Assembly: GCA_964016885.1 (NCBI GenBank)
Contig: OZ024740.1
Span: 127,162,001 to 127,226,000 of the forward strand
Direction of reading: 5' to 3'
DNA length: 64,000 nt
Origin: Eledone cirrhosa
Taxonomy: Eukaryota
A program made the translations under genes and the position numbers. Below are positions 12,411 through 27,342 of the stretch, piece by piece; positions within the stretch are counted from its first letter, which is position 1, and the number at the start of each line of letters is the position of its first letter. Below the pieces are notes generated by a model. It worked only from the letters and a program-made list of their open reading frames with translations, did no database searches and was not told the origin of the DNA.

Positions 12411-12465
12411 TAGCTGTCTGATGAGGACAAAAGTATTACATAGATGTTACCATCGAAATACCTAT
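12411..12465 (+). ncRNA. Type I hammerhead-ribozyme-like motif (degenerate)
   Basis: TAGCTGT-CTGATGA-GG...CC-ATC-GAAA-TACCTAT-GTA-ACCGTTG. Core boxes are intact and stem I pairs 6/7 with wobbles, but stems II and III are weak. Confidence 0.4.
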
Positions 12466-12517
12466 GTAACCGTTGATGTAATCAATAGTGATATATATAT
12501 ATATAAATATATATATT

Positions 12518-12650
<133 letters not shown>

Positions 12651-12704
12651 CGTTTCTGAATTTGTTTAGCAAGATTCTTTATCTGAAATCGTGTGTTGAA
12701 ACCG

Positions 12705-12890
12705 ATATTGTTATACTTTGGGAGGGTCATCTTGCCAATAAGTAACACACGCACCAAATGCTTTCACTTCAATTTATTATATATTTATAAATTTATAAAT
12801 TTATAAATTTATAAATTTATAATAAATTGAAGTGAAAGCATTTGGTGCGTGTGTTTATTATTGGCAACATGACCCTCCCAAAGTATAACA

Positions 12891-12893
<3 letters not shown>
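12705..12893. repeat. Near-perfect palindrome (~76-bp arms around (ATTTATAA-like)n) made of two Penelope-type termini
   Basis: ATATTGTTATACTTTGGGAGGGTCAT... mirrors ...ATGACCCTCCCAAAGTATAACAATAT. The outer end resembles 22613-22637 ATGACCCTCCCCAAGTGTAACAAT, the end of the coding Penelope element. Confidence 0.85.
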
Positions 12894-12949
<56 letters not shown>

Positions 12950-15219
12950 GAAAGGATAAAAAGGACGATTGATTATTCCTTCATTGCATTTATTGATAGG
13001 TGACGCGCGTTTCGCCACTGATCAGCTCAAGGTTCGATTTATATCGATCCTACCCGACTCAATAATCGGCAGCTCGACGGACCCTCTGAAAATGCTATAA
13101 GAAAATGAAATACATGCTATGTGGTAAAGTCAGAGTTTCAAGAGTTTGACAAAATGAGATGTTTTGATTGGTGAAAAGGATCAAGGCGATGTACTGGCCT
13201 GTAGTGTATATGGGGGTGGGTGTGATGGTGAGATGTTGGTGACGGTCTGTGGTTGAGGTGGGCTGTGGTGTGGTGGTGGTGGGTTGGCCTTGGCGTGTAG
13301 AGTATGTGGGGGTGGATGTGAAGATATGGTGGTGGTTAAGGTTATTTAGTGGGATGGGTTGTGGTGTGACGTTAGTGGATTGTCAGTAGACGGGTTGGGA
13401 TATGGGTGGGGGTGTGGTAGTGGTGCCTTTGTCTATGGTAGCGGCGTTTTTGGTGGTGTGGTGGATGTATTGGTGGCGTCAGGTCCTTACATAGATACAT
13501 AGTTAGACGCTCTTCGTCTGACAGATACCTTGTATATACGTATACGTACACACATATATATATATATGTGCACATATATTGTTGTATAAACACACACAAC
13601 ATAAGACACATACGCACATCCTTGCCGACACATATCGGCATACGCTCACACACATATGTATATGTACACACATGTATGTGCATGCGCGCATGCGGTCACG
13701 AATATGGAGAGTGGGGGTATCGGTGGGGGTGGCGAACGACAGAGATGGGGGGGGGGAGTGGAGGCGATGTAGAAGGTGTTTTACATATATACATACACAT
13801 ACATACACATGGGTATGGGCACATGGACTCACACTCATGTATGCAAGATATACACATACACACTCGCACACACGTATACACACACACATATACATATATA
13901 CACATATATATATATATACACACACATGTACCGACAACACACACATACACGCACATATACACATACATGCACATATATGAGCTCACCTACACATACAGTC
14001 AGATTTAGCCATATATATATATATGTAGACTTACACATACACACACATACATACACATACATATATACACACACATACACATATGCATACACATACACAT
14101 ATATATATATACAGATATATATATATATATATATACACACACATAGGCATATGTATATACATGTGTTCACATACACACACTCACACATACAGATAAATTT
14201 GCGTACACGCAGGCGCACTTAAAACGCCCGTATGAGTAAAATACTTACACACAGACACACACACTATTGTTGGTTGGGGAATGGAGGTATATTTTGTCGG
14301 TGTTGATGAAGTATGGAGTTGTTTTGTGGTGGTGGTGGTGGAGTTGTAAGGGACAAAAATATATATACCGGATCGAATACCGGTTAAAAGGTGACATAGG
14401 GAACGCGGGGGAAAAGCGTTTATGGACGTACGGCGATGTGTATTGTGGACAGGGTGATGGTGGTGGTGCTGGGGTGATATGTTCGACAAGATGATTACAT
14501 GATCAGAGGTTACGGTGTGTTATATGATAGGCAGACGGGGGGTGGGGGGTATATAATACAGTCGATTTGGGAGCGAGGGATGATATGTGTTGATGGTGTT
14601 AATGATAATGATTGTTGAAGTATGTGGATGTATTTAGTGGTGGCGGTGGTTGTGTGTGCGTGCGACAGTACAGTTACAGGATCGAATTTAGCGTGGGGTT
14701 GCAAGTAAGGGTCGATAGAGGGAACATGGGGGTGATAAGGATGTAGGCGTGTATGGTATGCACATGATGATGTGTGGTGTGATGATGGTGGCGATGGTGT
14801 GATATGAACGACATTGTATTTAAAGGTCTCTTGTCATTGTGGATTGCAAGGTAGAACGTATCATAGGATACCGATTTAATATGATGTTGCAACTATGAGG
14901 TGTGTGTGTTGATGTGAATTTTGGTGGTGGTGATGGTGATGTGTGCGGCATGATATACAAATGGGGGCTTAGAGATGGTAACATGGAGTACAATACAATA
15001 AGTTCATTGAGGTGGGCGATGTTGAGACGGGGTAAAGGTGGTTGTTAATATGGTGTGTCATGGTTAGTGTGATTTTTGGTGTGGGTTATGTATGCGGCAT
15101 GATATACAAAATACGGGCTTACATATGGTTAAATTCAATGAAATGAATTAAGATAAAGTGAAGTTAGATTAGAATTAAAGTTCGTTGAGATGGGCGATAC
15201 GGGGCAGGTGTGGTTATTA

Positions 15220-15388
15220 TTATGGTGGGTCATGGTTAGTGCGTGGTCTTCCCGCGAAAGTTTGTGCAGAAAAGGTGTGCATCCTAGTGTGTCTGCAATT
15301 GACAATTATGTCCGACCTATAGTTTATGGCGGAATCAAGTTTAATTATTTCCGCCGCCTCAGCTAGGCACAATCTGCAGTGGTTTCTG
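15220..15388 (-). pseudogene. C-terminal end of a Penelope GIY-YIG ORF
   Basis: CRLCLAEAAEIIKLDSAINYRSDIIVNCRH matches the CxLCxxE..I...NxRxE...CRH terminus, also seen in the element at 870-975. Confidence 0.7.
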
Positions 15389-16871
15389 TCACACCATATT
15401 AACAACCACCTTTACCCCGTCTCAACATCGCCCACCTCAATGAGCTTATTGTATTGTACTCCATGTTACCATCTCTAAGCCCCCATTTGTATATCATGCC
15501 GCACACATCACCAGCACCACCACCAAAATTCACATCAACACACACACCTCATAGTTGCAACATCGAATTAAATCGGTACCATATGATACGTTCTACCTTG
15601 CAATCCACAATGACAAGAGACCTTGTAAATACAATGTCGATCATATCACACCATCGCCACCACCAGCACACCACACATCGTCATGTGCATACCATACACG
15701 CCTACAACCTCATCCCCCCATGTTCCCTCTATCTACCCTAACTTGCTACCCCACGCTAAATTTGACCCTGTAACTGTACTGTCGCACACACACACAACCA
15801 CCGCCACCACTAAATACATCCACATACTTCAACAATCATTATCATTACATCATCAACACATATCATCCCTCGCTTCCAAATCGACTGTATTATATACCCC
15901 CCACCCCCCGTCTGCCTACCATATAACCTCTGATCATGTAATCATCTTGCCGAACATATCACCCCAGCACCACCACCATCACCCTGTCCACAACACACAT
16001 CGCCGTACGTCCATAAACGCTTTTTCCCCGCGTTCCCTATGTCACCTTTTAACCGGTATTCGATCCGGTATATATATGTTTGTCCCTTACAACTCCACCA
16101 CCACCACCCCAAAACACAACTCCATACTTCATCAACACCGACAAAACATACCTCCATTCCCCAACCAACGATAGTGTGTGTGTCTGTGTGTAAGTATTTT
16201 ACTCATACGGGTGTTTTAAGTGTGCGTGCGTGTACGCAAATGTATCTGTATGTGTGTGTGTGTGTGTGTATGTGAACACATGTATATACATATGTCTGTG
16301 TGTGTGTGTATATATATATCTGTATATATATATATATGTGTATGTGTATGCATATGTGTATGTGTGTGTATATATGTATGTGTATGTATGTGTGTGTATG
16401 TGTACGTCTACATATATGTATATGGGTAAATCTGACTGTATGTGTAGGTGAGCTCATATATGTGCATGTATGTGTATATGTGCGTGTATGTGTGTGTTGT
16501 CGGTACATGTGTGTGTATATATATATGTATATATATATGTGCATATATATATGTCTGAGTATACGTGTGTGCGAGGGTGTATGTGTATATTTTGCATACA
16601 TGAGTGTGAGTCCATGTGCCCATACCCATGTGTATGTATGTGTATGTATATATGTAAAACACCTTCTACATCGCCTCTCACCTTCCCCAATCTCTGTCGT
16701 TCGCCACCCCCACCGATACCCCCACTCTCCATATTCGTGACCGCATGCGCGCATGCCATACATGTGTGTACATATACATATGGCTGTGTGTGAGCGTATG
16801 CCGATATGTGTGTGCAAGGATGTGCGTATGTGTCTTATGTTGTGTGTGTTTATACAACAATATATGTGCAC

Positions 16872-18283
16872 CGGGACTGCGCAAAGCGGCGTCGGCTTAT
16901 GCCGACGACGTGACAGTAATGGTGTCGAGCACCTCGGAAATCGGGGTGATCGGCAACATACTGAAAGAATACGAAACGCTGACGGGAGCAAAACTAAACC
17001 CAGACAAGTCTGTCGGTTTGCAACTCGGTACGTGGAGAGGCAAACCGATGACATCCGACAGCGTCGTTGGACGCTGGACGGACGGACCGGTGAAATTGCT
17101 CGGGGTCTGGTTCGGTCCAGACCTCCAGGTGGAGAAAAACTGAAACGAGGTCACGGCCAAGGTGTTTGCACTCACTCAGAAGTGGGCAGAGTGCAAACTG
17201 TCCTTGAAAGGTCGAGCGGAGGTGGCGAACACTTTCATAGCGTCCGTCATCTACTACCGCTTGACTGTCGTGCCTTGTCCCCGTGAACACCTCGCCAAGA
17301 TGGAACGCATGCTCTTCCAGTTTCTGTGGAAGAAGCAGGCTCCGCTGGTGAGGAGATCCGTCTGCTGTCAGCACCCTTCCAACGGAGGGCTGGGAATGCC
17401 GTGGCTGATGATGCGCAAACATGCGCTGAGACTGCGGCATCTCCAGGTATTCCTCACCGACCCCCAACCGGTGTGGGCACCGTTTGTGAGACAGGCTTTC
17501 CCACAGCTCGTCTCGCTAACGGAGCTGCAGTCCTGGGTGAAGAAAAGACCGAAAACGATGGGCGCCTGGCACATTGAATGCGCTCAGGCGCTCACAGTCC
17601 TCTGGCAAGCGGGCGCAGCAATCAGTGGATACTCCACTTCGACATTCTATAGAGGGATTGTACGTTACAAGGGCGACGACGTGCTCGGAGAGACTCTGGG
17701 CGTCGAAGACGATGAGCTCACCAGTATGTTTGGTAGGACTTTCCGCCCGGGACCTATGGACAACTTCCAGAGGTACCTGGCCTGGCAGTGCTACCGAGGA
17801 GCTCTACCGGTTCGTGACAAGATCTACAGGCACGGACGCCCTGGCAGGGATCCTTCCAAGAGGACGTGTCCAAGATGTGCGCAGGACATTGAAACAGTTC
17901 TGCACGCAATTGTACACTGCCTGGGCGTAAGCGACCTGTGGAACTATGCAGAACAACTGCTGTCGCGTATGGGACAAATACAGTTGACTGCCGAATCCAT
18001 AGTAAGGATCAAACCGCCAAACTCTTTCAAAAACGAAAGAGAGGCGGTTTTCCTCTGTACGGTGGCTATGGTGAAAGAAGTTATATGGTGGACGAGGTTG
18101 AGAGGACTGAGGACAGATGCCTTTCTCTCCGGACAACAATTGATTCCATTCTTTAAGTATCACTTTAGAAGGAGAATCAGGGTGGAGAGAGAGGCACTGC
18201 ACCCCAGTAAATTTACTGAAAGGTGGGTGAATGAAGCGAAAATGGCCCGAGTGATTGGGCCTTCTCTGTTTATAAGCCTGTAG
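16872..18283 (+). pseudogene. Tx1 ORF2 C-terminal part (RT YADD, thumb, CCHC-type zinc-binding domain), one premature stop at 17141-17143
   Basis: SAYADDVTV..GAKLNPDKS..LLGVWFG..LSLKGRA..GGLGMP..RGALPV..CPRC..ETVLHAIVHC. The TGA aligns with TGG (W) in the 51741 copy. Confidence 0.88.
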
Positions 18284-18522
18284 GTTGAGGAAGAGAGCAA
18301 AAGGAAGAAAGGAGCACTTGCACAACACGCTCCTTGAGTTGAGGGTTGTTCTATCGACGGGGTATTAAACAACCCATTCGTGGCGCCTCCCCCTTATTGG
18401 GGATTTCGATTGTTGAAATTGTTTGTTTGTTTTTATATTTTTTACACGACTGTATGTAAAATCCCCGGCATGTCTTTGTATTGTCCCCTTTCTTGTTGCG
18501 CCCTTGTGGCTAATAAAGAAAT
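16872..18522 (+). mobile_element. 5'-truncated L1-Tx1 clade LINE with 14-bp target-site duplication
   Basis: TSD CAATATATGTGCAC at 16858-16871 and 18523-18536. 3' end CCCTTGTGGCTAATAAAGAAAT. Confidence 0.92.
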
Positions 18523-19257
18523 CAATATATGTGCACATATATACATATATGTGTGTACGTATACGTATATACAAGGTATCTGTCAGACGAAGAGCGTCTA
18601 ACTATGTATCTATGTAAGGACATGACGCCACCAATACATCCACCACACCACCAAAAACCCTGCTACCATAGACAAAGGCACCACTACCACACCCCCACCC
18701 ACACATCAACCCGTATACTGACAATCCACTAACGTCACACCACAACCCATCCCACTAAATAACCTTAACCACCACCATATCATCACATCCACCCCCACAT
18801 ACCCTACACGCCAAGGCCAACCCACCACCACCACACAACAGCCCACCTCATCCACAGACTGTCACCAACATCTCACCATCGCACCCACCCCCCATATACA
18901 CTACAGGCCAGTACATCGCCTTGATCCTCCTCACCAATCAAAACATCTCCTTTTGTCAAACTCTTGAAACTCTGACTTTACCACATAGCATGTATTTCAT
19001 TTTCTTATAGCATTTTCAGAGGGTCCGTCGAGCTGCCGATTATTGAGTCAGGTAGGATCGATATAAATCGAACCTTGAGCTGATAAGTGGCGAAACGCGC
19101 GTCACCTGTCAATAAATGCAATGAAGGAATAATCAATCGTCCTTTTTATCCTTTCTATATTTTACACTCTTTATAGCTCGACACCTCATCACAGAAGTGA
19201 AACTAAACATCGAGTGCTCACCCGGGTGAACCTGCAGTAACTCCTAGTTACACCCAC

Positions 19258-19304
<47 letters not shown>

Positions 19305-19310
<6 letters not shown>

Positions 19311-20040
19311 TAAAATAACAGATTAAAGTTTAAACAAGTACACAAGCATACACACGCACACATATTTATATGTGCGTGGTTTTGTATACCTATGGTAAGG
19401 TTTTGCGTATGCTTGTGTATGTACGTATCTGTTTGCGTGTATGTATTTATTTGTTTCTATTACTTCTGTATTGTATATATTTACTTTGTTCTTAACTCTG
19501 TAGCGGAGATTCATTTGGTCTCCTAGTTAGAATTTTAGTCTACGATTTCTGCTATACCATCTACGTGGTTTTGTCTTTGAGTGCTATTGTTCTCCACGCT
19601 CCACATATGACTTATTATTTTCGTTTTTTCGTTCATTGCCAGAGAACGTCTCTATGCACCACCTAAGAGAACATTAGTCTACGACCTCTTTTATACCATA
19701 AACCTGATTTTTTCTTTGCGCGTAATTGTTTTTCACCGCTCCTATTAATGACGTATTATTCGTTTTTTCCCGTTCTTTGCCAGCGAACGTTACCACGAAC
19801 CAAAGTATCGTCTTCCTGTCTTCCTCCGGTTGCAACGTTTTTTGAAATATCCGGTTCTGCGTTTACAGATTGACTTTGTTAGTTTCAGAAGATCCCGTTA
19901 AGGGTGAAAGCAGCGATTCTTTGCTTAAACTTTAATCTGTTATTTTAATAAATATTTTCTCTACGGTTCTTATATATTTGATATATATTTTCCTTATCGA
20001 GCCCTCTTTGGATTTTAGTCTTCAATGTTATTATTATTAC
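19305..20040 (+). mobile_element. Non-coding Penelope-type terminus, copy 1 (short inverted arm, long direct arm, tail)
   Basis: 19305-19338 is the reverse complement of 19921-19953. The body 19400-19953 is the reverse complement of 26125-26672. The tail 19963-20035 equals 26677-26750 in direct orientation. Confidence 0.75.
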
Positions 20041-20589
<549 letters not shown>

Positions 20590-21036
20590 CAGGAAAGAAG
20601 GTTGACATGGTTTGCTATACAAAAAAGGTTTTTAATCTCATAGCTGACACTTGTTTCTCTTAACTGGTAGGTCTAGAGATAGCTATTCGCTTATATTCAC
20701 GTTACTCGATCGCCAATACAAAATTATAACCAGTCAGTTCTTCGGAGCATGCGAGAATGAAGAGCATACACAGGCAAGAAAAGAATATACAGGCTACTAT
20801 ATGAAGTAGTAATGGCATTCAGTTAGAACAATAACAACAATTACAACAATGCTATTAATAAATTATTTGAGGAGACCCTGACATTACTTAGGTGGGGGGT
20901 ATAGTGTATCTAAGATTACGGCGTGTAAAACTAGCTGTCATGAGGCAAAAGTAAGAGTTTGGCATGTACAGAGTATCGAAGTGTGTATCAATTTTAAAAT
21001 ATAAAGATACGCCAGTTTGATTTAGAACGTAGCACG

Positions 21037-22116
21037 ATGGAAAGCATCCAGCAGATAGCTAATTCCATACACCAGAGTATAACTGTAACTATCGACTTCC
21101 CTTCCAAACACCCTAACAATAGACTACCTGTATTAGACACAGAACTCTGGATTAACACTATAGACGAGAGAGCCCAAATTCTCCACTCACACTATGCTAA
21201 ACCCATGGCCTCCAAATACCTGATACTCAAAGACTCAGCAATGTCCAGTAGTGCTAAGTTTAATATTCTGATCGCAGATTTGGTACGAGTGATGAAGAAT
21301 GTGTCCAGCATGTGCGACCCAACAGAAATGGAAAGACACATCCAATACTTCATCAACCGCATGCAGTTCTCTGGCTACAACCAAAGAGACAGAGTCAGAG
21401 TATACGAAGGAGCCATGGAAAAGTATAAGACCCTCATAGAACTGGACATGAAAGGTATTTGCCCACTATACAGGAGCAAATCATGGAATAGCTTAGATAG
21501 GGCTAGACATGAGATAGGGAAGGCCACATCATGGTACGACAACCAGAGATATCAGAGTGTCATGTTTGTGGACGCCACCCCTGGAGGGAAATTAGCTAAC
21601 CAGTGTAGAAAGGCCCTGAGAAAGACCCACTTAAAAATAAAGGTGGTAGAAAAGCCAGGAACCACCATAAAATCCCTGATCAGCAAAACCTACCCTTTTA
21701 AGAAAACCCACAGTACCAATAGGAAATGTATCATATGTAAGGTGAACCCCCGGATAAACTGTAAAACTAGAAACGTAGTCTATAGCATAAGATGTACAGA
21801 GGGTACTTGCAGAAACATGACAACAGCATACATAGGTGAGACAGCTCGTAGCATAGGTGAAATGATAGACCAACACTGGGGGGAACTAAAAGGACGAAAA
21901 AACGGGTCAGTACTATACGAACATGCTAGACAACAACATGACGGTAACATAGACAACATAGAAATTAGAATAATATCTAAACATAGGAATGACCCAGCAG
22001 ATAGGCAAATCAGAGAGGCCAGTGAAATAGAAATTAGAAGACCAAAGCTAAACAGAAAGAATGAGTGGAACAACAACAACACCCAAACAAACAGCACTGA
22101 CCTAAGAGAAGTATAA
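21037..22116 (+). CDS. Penelope-like polyprotein, C-terminal 359 aa (RT thumb, linker, GIY-YIG endonuclease); N-terminally truncated
   Basis: LPVLDTELW..HYAKPMAS, FSGY, CIIC..CKTRNVVYSIRC..YIGETARS..H, RQIREASEI..PKLNRKNEW. The frame is uninterrupted but lacks the RT catalytic core. Confidence 0.85.
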   Translation: MESIQQIANSIHQSITVTIDFPSKHPNNRLPVLDTELWINTIDERAQILHSHYAKPMASKYLILKDSAMSSSAKFNILIADLVRVMKNVSSMCDPTEMERHIQYFINRMQFSGYNQRDRVRVYEGAMEKYKTLIELDMKGICPLYRSKSWNSLDRARHEIGKATSWYDNQRYQSVMFVDATPGGKLANQCRKALRKTHLKIKVVEKPGTTIKSLISKTYPFKKTHSTNRKCIICKVNPRINCKTRNVVYSIRCTEGTCRNMTTAYIGETARSIGEMIDQHWGELKGRKNGSVLYEHARQQHDGNIDNIEIRIISKHRNDPADRQIREASEIEIRRPKLNRKNEWNNNNTQTNSTDLREV

Positions 22117-22381
22117 ATAAGTAAATAAAATAAAATAAAATAAGATAAATAAATACATACACAAGCACAATAACAACAAGCACATAAACACACACTAGTC
22201 ACCCAGCAGACACAACACTATACACACTAGTCACACAGCAAACATAACACTATACACACACGCAAACGGATGCGCAAAGAAGACAAAATAAACAAACAAG
22301 CAAATAAATAATTATATAGACAGACTGAATAAAAAATGGCGTAGACATACAACACAACAGGAGGAAAAAAATATATATATA

Positions 22382-22435
22382 TAACACCACTGACGATGTT
22401 GCAGATGTGCAACGAAAGATTTATGTAAATTATGT
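22382..22435 (+). ncRNA. Hammerhead-ribozyme core in Penelope 3' terminus
   Basis: CTGACGA-T-GTTGCA-GATG-TGCAAC-GAAA at 22390-22417 with a perfect 6-bp stem II. Stems I and III are not clearly intact. Confidence 0.55.
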
Positions 22436-22637
22436 AAACTATGTATATGTGTTTGTGTCTATATTGTATCTGTATTATTTTTGACCGTCGGTCAGTCAAT
22501 GGCAACATTGAGGACCGAGTAAGTTAGATCGCAGATATAAAAGACAGCGAGAAGCGAAAACCAACCAAACAGTGAGTGTGTTCTGTTATTAATTCTGGCA
22601 ATATTACGCAAATATGACCCTCCCCAAGTGTAACAAT

Positions 22638-23186
<549 letters not shown>

Positions 23187-23227
23187 AAAAGAAATAGGAT
23201 TTCGCTTCAAGCATAGCTTTATACAAT

Positions 23228-24095
23228 ACTAGCAGTAAAGCCCGGCGTTGCTCGGGGTCGCTCAGTAGGTGTGTTAAAGTTACAATGTTAAGTTTCTTTT
23301 TTGGCTTAAAAACTGTAGTGTCTACTGTGCAGACTTGCATGTGGTGTTTTTGATTAATATTCCCTCAACCAACAATATGCCTTATGAAGTTAAGAAAACA
23401 TAACGATAACCCGAATGTTATAACAAAAGAGGATGCTGGGGATAGAAACTGCACTGGTTATTTATTAACAAAGATCGAACATCTAAACACTGCAACGCAG
23501 AGAAAAACATTAGCGTAACCAAATTATCAGTTATTATGTCTGCCTGCACGCCTATATCACCTCTCTGCACGACTATCTGTCTGCACGCCTATATCACCTC
23601 TATGCACGACTGTCTGTCTGCACGCCTATATCACCTCTCTGCACGACTGTCTGTCTGCACGCCTATATCACCTCTCTGCACGACTGTCTGTCTGCACGCC
23701 TAACGAAATTTACAGATACATATATTTTAAATAAACTTATATAATTTTTGCTTTTTTTTACGAAATATTTGCTTGTTTTAAGTAGTTTTTAAATAGACTT
23801 GTTTTCAAGTAAAAATATTGTTTTAGAAGGCTTGTTTTACGTAGTCTTTAAATCGTGTATTGTGTTAATGTCATTTTAAACGCTGAGAAAGCTATATATT
23901 CTCTTCTGTTTTCAAGTCCAGCAGTCGCAGAGCAGTGGGAGGGATCGTCCTGACGATGGCTGGACAAGCTTGAAATGCATAGACGGTTGTTCCCCTTACT
24001 TCTGCTGGACAAAACCGTTAGCCCTCCCGGTGTTCGCATAGCTACGGCTTCCTAAAATGGTATTTCTTTCGAAATACGAAATTTCCATTCATATA
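23228..24095 (+). mobile_element. Probable non-autonomous Helitron/Helentron-associated element
   Basis: Begins ACTAGCAGTAAAGCCCGGCGTTGCTCGGG, the ACTAG + GC-rich subterminal hairpin typical of HINE/DINE-1-like elements, and carries an internal minisatellite. The right end is uncertain. Confidence 0.5.
23544..23702. repeat. 37-bp minisatellite, ~4.3 copies
   Basis: CTGCACGCCTATATCACCTCTCTGCACGACTGTCTGT starting at 23544, 23581, 23618, 23655 and 23692 (partial). Confidence 0.95.
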
Positions 24096-24115
24096 TACAC
24101 ACATATATATATACA

Positions 24116-24209
<94 letters not shown>

Positions 24210-24407
24210 TATATATATACATACATAGATAGATATATATATATATATACAGATATATATATATACATACATAGATATTTAGATGTGTGTATATACATAT
24301 ACACATATTTATACATGCGTGTATGTATGTTTATAATGTGTATGCATAAATGCTTATATACATACATATAGGCACTCACACACACACACATACACACATA
24401 CATACAC

Positions 24408-24472
<65 letters not shown>

Positions 24473-26013
24473 TATACATGGTCCTGTATAATTGCATATA
24501 TGCACAGCCATAGACGCATACAAATGTATATACAACTCAATGTACATGATCGTATACATACGTGTGTACTAACGTGAAATCAGAAGGCCTCAAATTTACA
24601 TTACTAAATCTTTTGAAATTTCGTAGATTCATCGGTCGAATGATGTTAGTCTCTTTTGAATTTAGTTTATTTTTCTGCCGCTCACACCTTTTGAAATCAG
24701 TCGCTTTCGAGGTTATCGAGACCTTGAACTAACAAAATGCAGAACTACCGTTTCTTTGAGGTAGAATGAATGAAACCTTATTTATTATTCCAGTGATTGA
24801 TTATTTGATTGGTTTTATTGTTACGCTACACATTTGATTGCTGCTCCTTTCCTTAATTGTTCGTTTCGGTCGGCTGATAAAAATTTCGCTTCTTCACAGC
24901 GGGTTATTTCTAATTATAAATCTTTGAAGTACCTTCTCGTGTTATACTTTTCAAAACCACTTATATGCAAGGTGTTTCAGCTGAACGTTTATCTCTACCG
25001 TTTACACTCAATGGGAGTACACATTCATTTTGTTGTTAATTTCATTGCATTTCCTCTTTTAAATTTTGTAACCATGAGCCTGTTTATTCTGCACCATTAC
25101 ATATGCTCATTTTACTGGCATAACCAATGTCTCAGGGCCATTATTCAATTTGCATTTTAAGACTATCGATTGAATAAGCTTGAATTCTATGTAGATTCTA
25201 AAGTAAACAATGACAGACGTGAGCAATTTATCGCCTTGGAAGTAATAATAATCATAAGAAGACAAATTCTTGAAGTCGTCATTAAGGTCACATGGAACTG
25301 GTAGGCAATTAAAGAAGCGTGGAAGTTAATTACTATTCGTTGCAGGTGATGACACCTATGAATAGTCTATGGAACAATTTAACTATTCAAATTTTGAGTA
25401 GATTAATACCACCGAATTATACTAAGAACAAGTTAGAATGTAGAATTTGTATAGTTTGGAATTTAAAAATACAAATGTGTATCAATATGACATATTGATA
25501 TACATAAGTGAACATACACAGGTATATGAACACGCATATTGGCTTCATTTGCATTTGTGGGCGAATCCGATTATCACATGCGATCACGCACGAAAATCAG
25601 CAAATTAGAGATATAGTCCAAATTAATTAATATTCCTTTATTCACTTCCCAGCATCTGTCACAATATTCTGGCAGTGTAGAAGCAAACATTTCAGAGGTA
25701 TTAGGCGATCATATTAAACCTAAAGAAGACGACATTCTGGGAGGTGATTTATTGAATAAAATATATCGTTTGTGACACAACATCGTATTTATAACGGTAA
25801 ATATAAATGTAAATGAAAAAGGACATAGTGGCGAACGTGTGTACACACACAGATACATCTCGGATTAAAACATTGTATTTGGATTAAAATAGAAGACGTC
25901 GAGTGTGTAAGTCTAATTGCATTATTTACTCATTGTTTTTTTTGCATACGCAACCCTGATTAGTCAACTGTTTTAAATACACACAAAAACACACACATAT
26001 ACAAACACACACG

Positions 26014-27272
<1,259 letters not shown>

Positions 27273-27342
27273 CTAATATAATAGATTTAAGAAAATTAAC
27301 AAAGAGAAGACAATTCAGCGAACGGAAACACACACACACCCA

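Larger units (their letters stand above)
12948..19260. mobile_element. Fold-back Penelope-like insertion: left arm 12948-15060, spacer, right arm 15390-19158 (interrupted by Tx1), tail 19159-19260
   Basis: The arms are near-identical reverse complements throughout (e.g. 12950 GAAAGGATAAAAAGGACGATTG vs 19135-19156). The spacer encodes a Penelope C-terminus. Both ends abut (TA)n. Confidence 0.85.
21020..22637 (+). mobile_element. 5'-truncated Penelope-like element with 3' non-coding terminus
   Basis: RT/GIY-YIG ORF followed by an A/C-rich UTR, a hammerhead core, and a terminus abutting (TA)n. Confidence 0.85.

Noticed and set aside
13372-16884. Overlapping His/Thr/Cys/Val-rich ORFs on both strands
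   Set aside because: They arise from CA/CCA-rich low-complexity palindrome arms, and indels between the arms break the frames.
12948-19158. Large TIR DNA transposon (Foldback/Polinton-type)
   Set aside because: No transposase or integrase, asymmetric tail, and the spacer encodes a Penelope C-terminus. The enclosed large ORF is a secondary Tx1 insertion.
23544-23702. 37-bp repeat of CRISPR-like length
   Set aside because: Units are contiguous without unique spacers; eukaryotic context and no cas genes.
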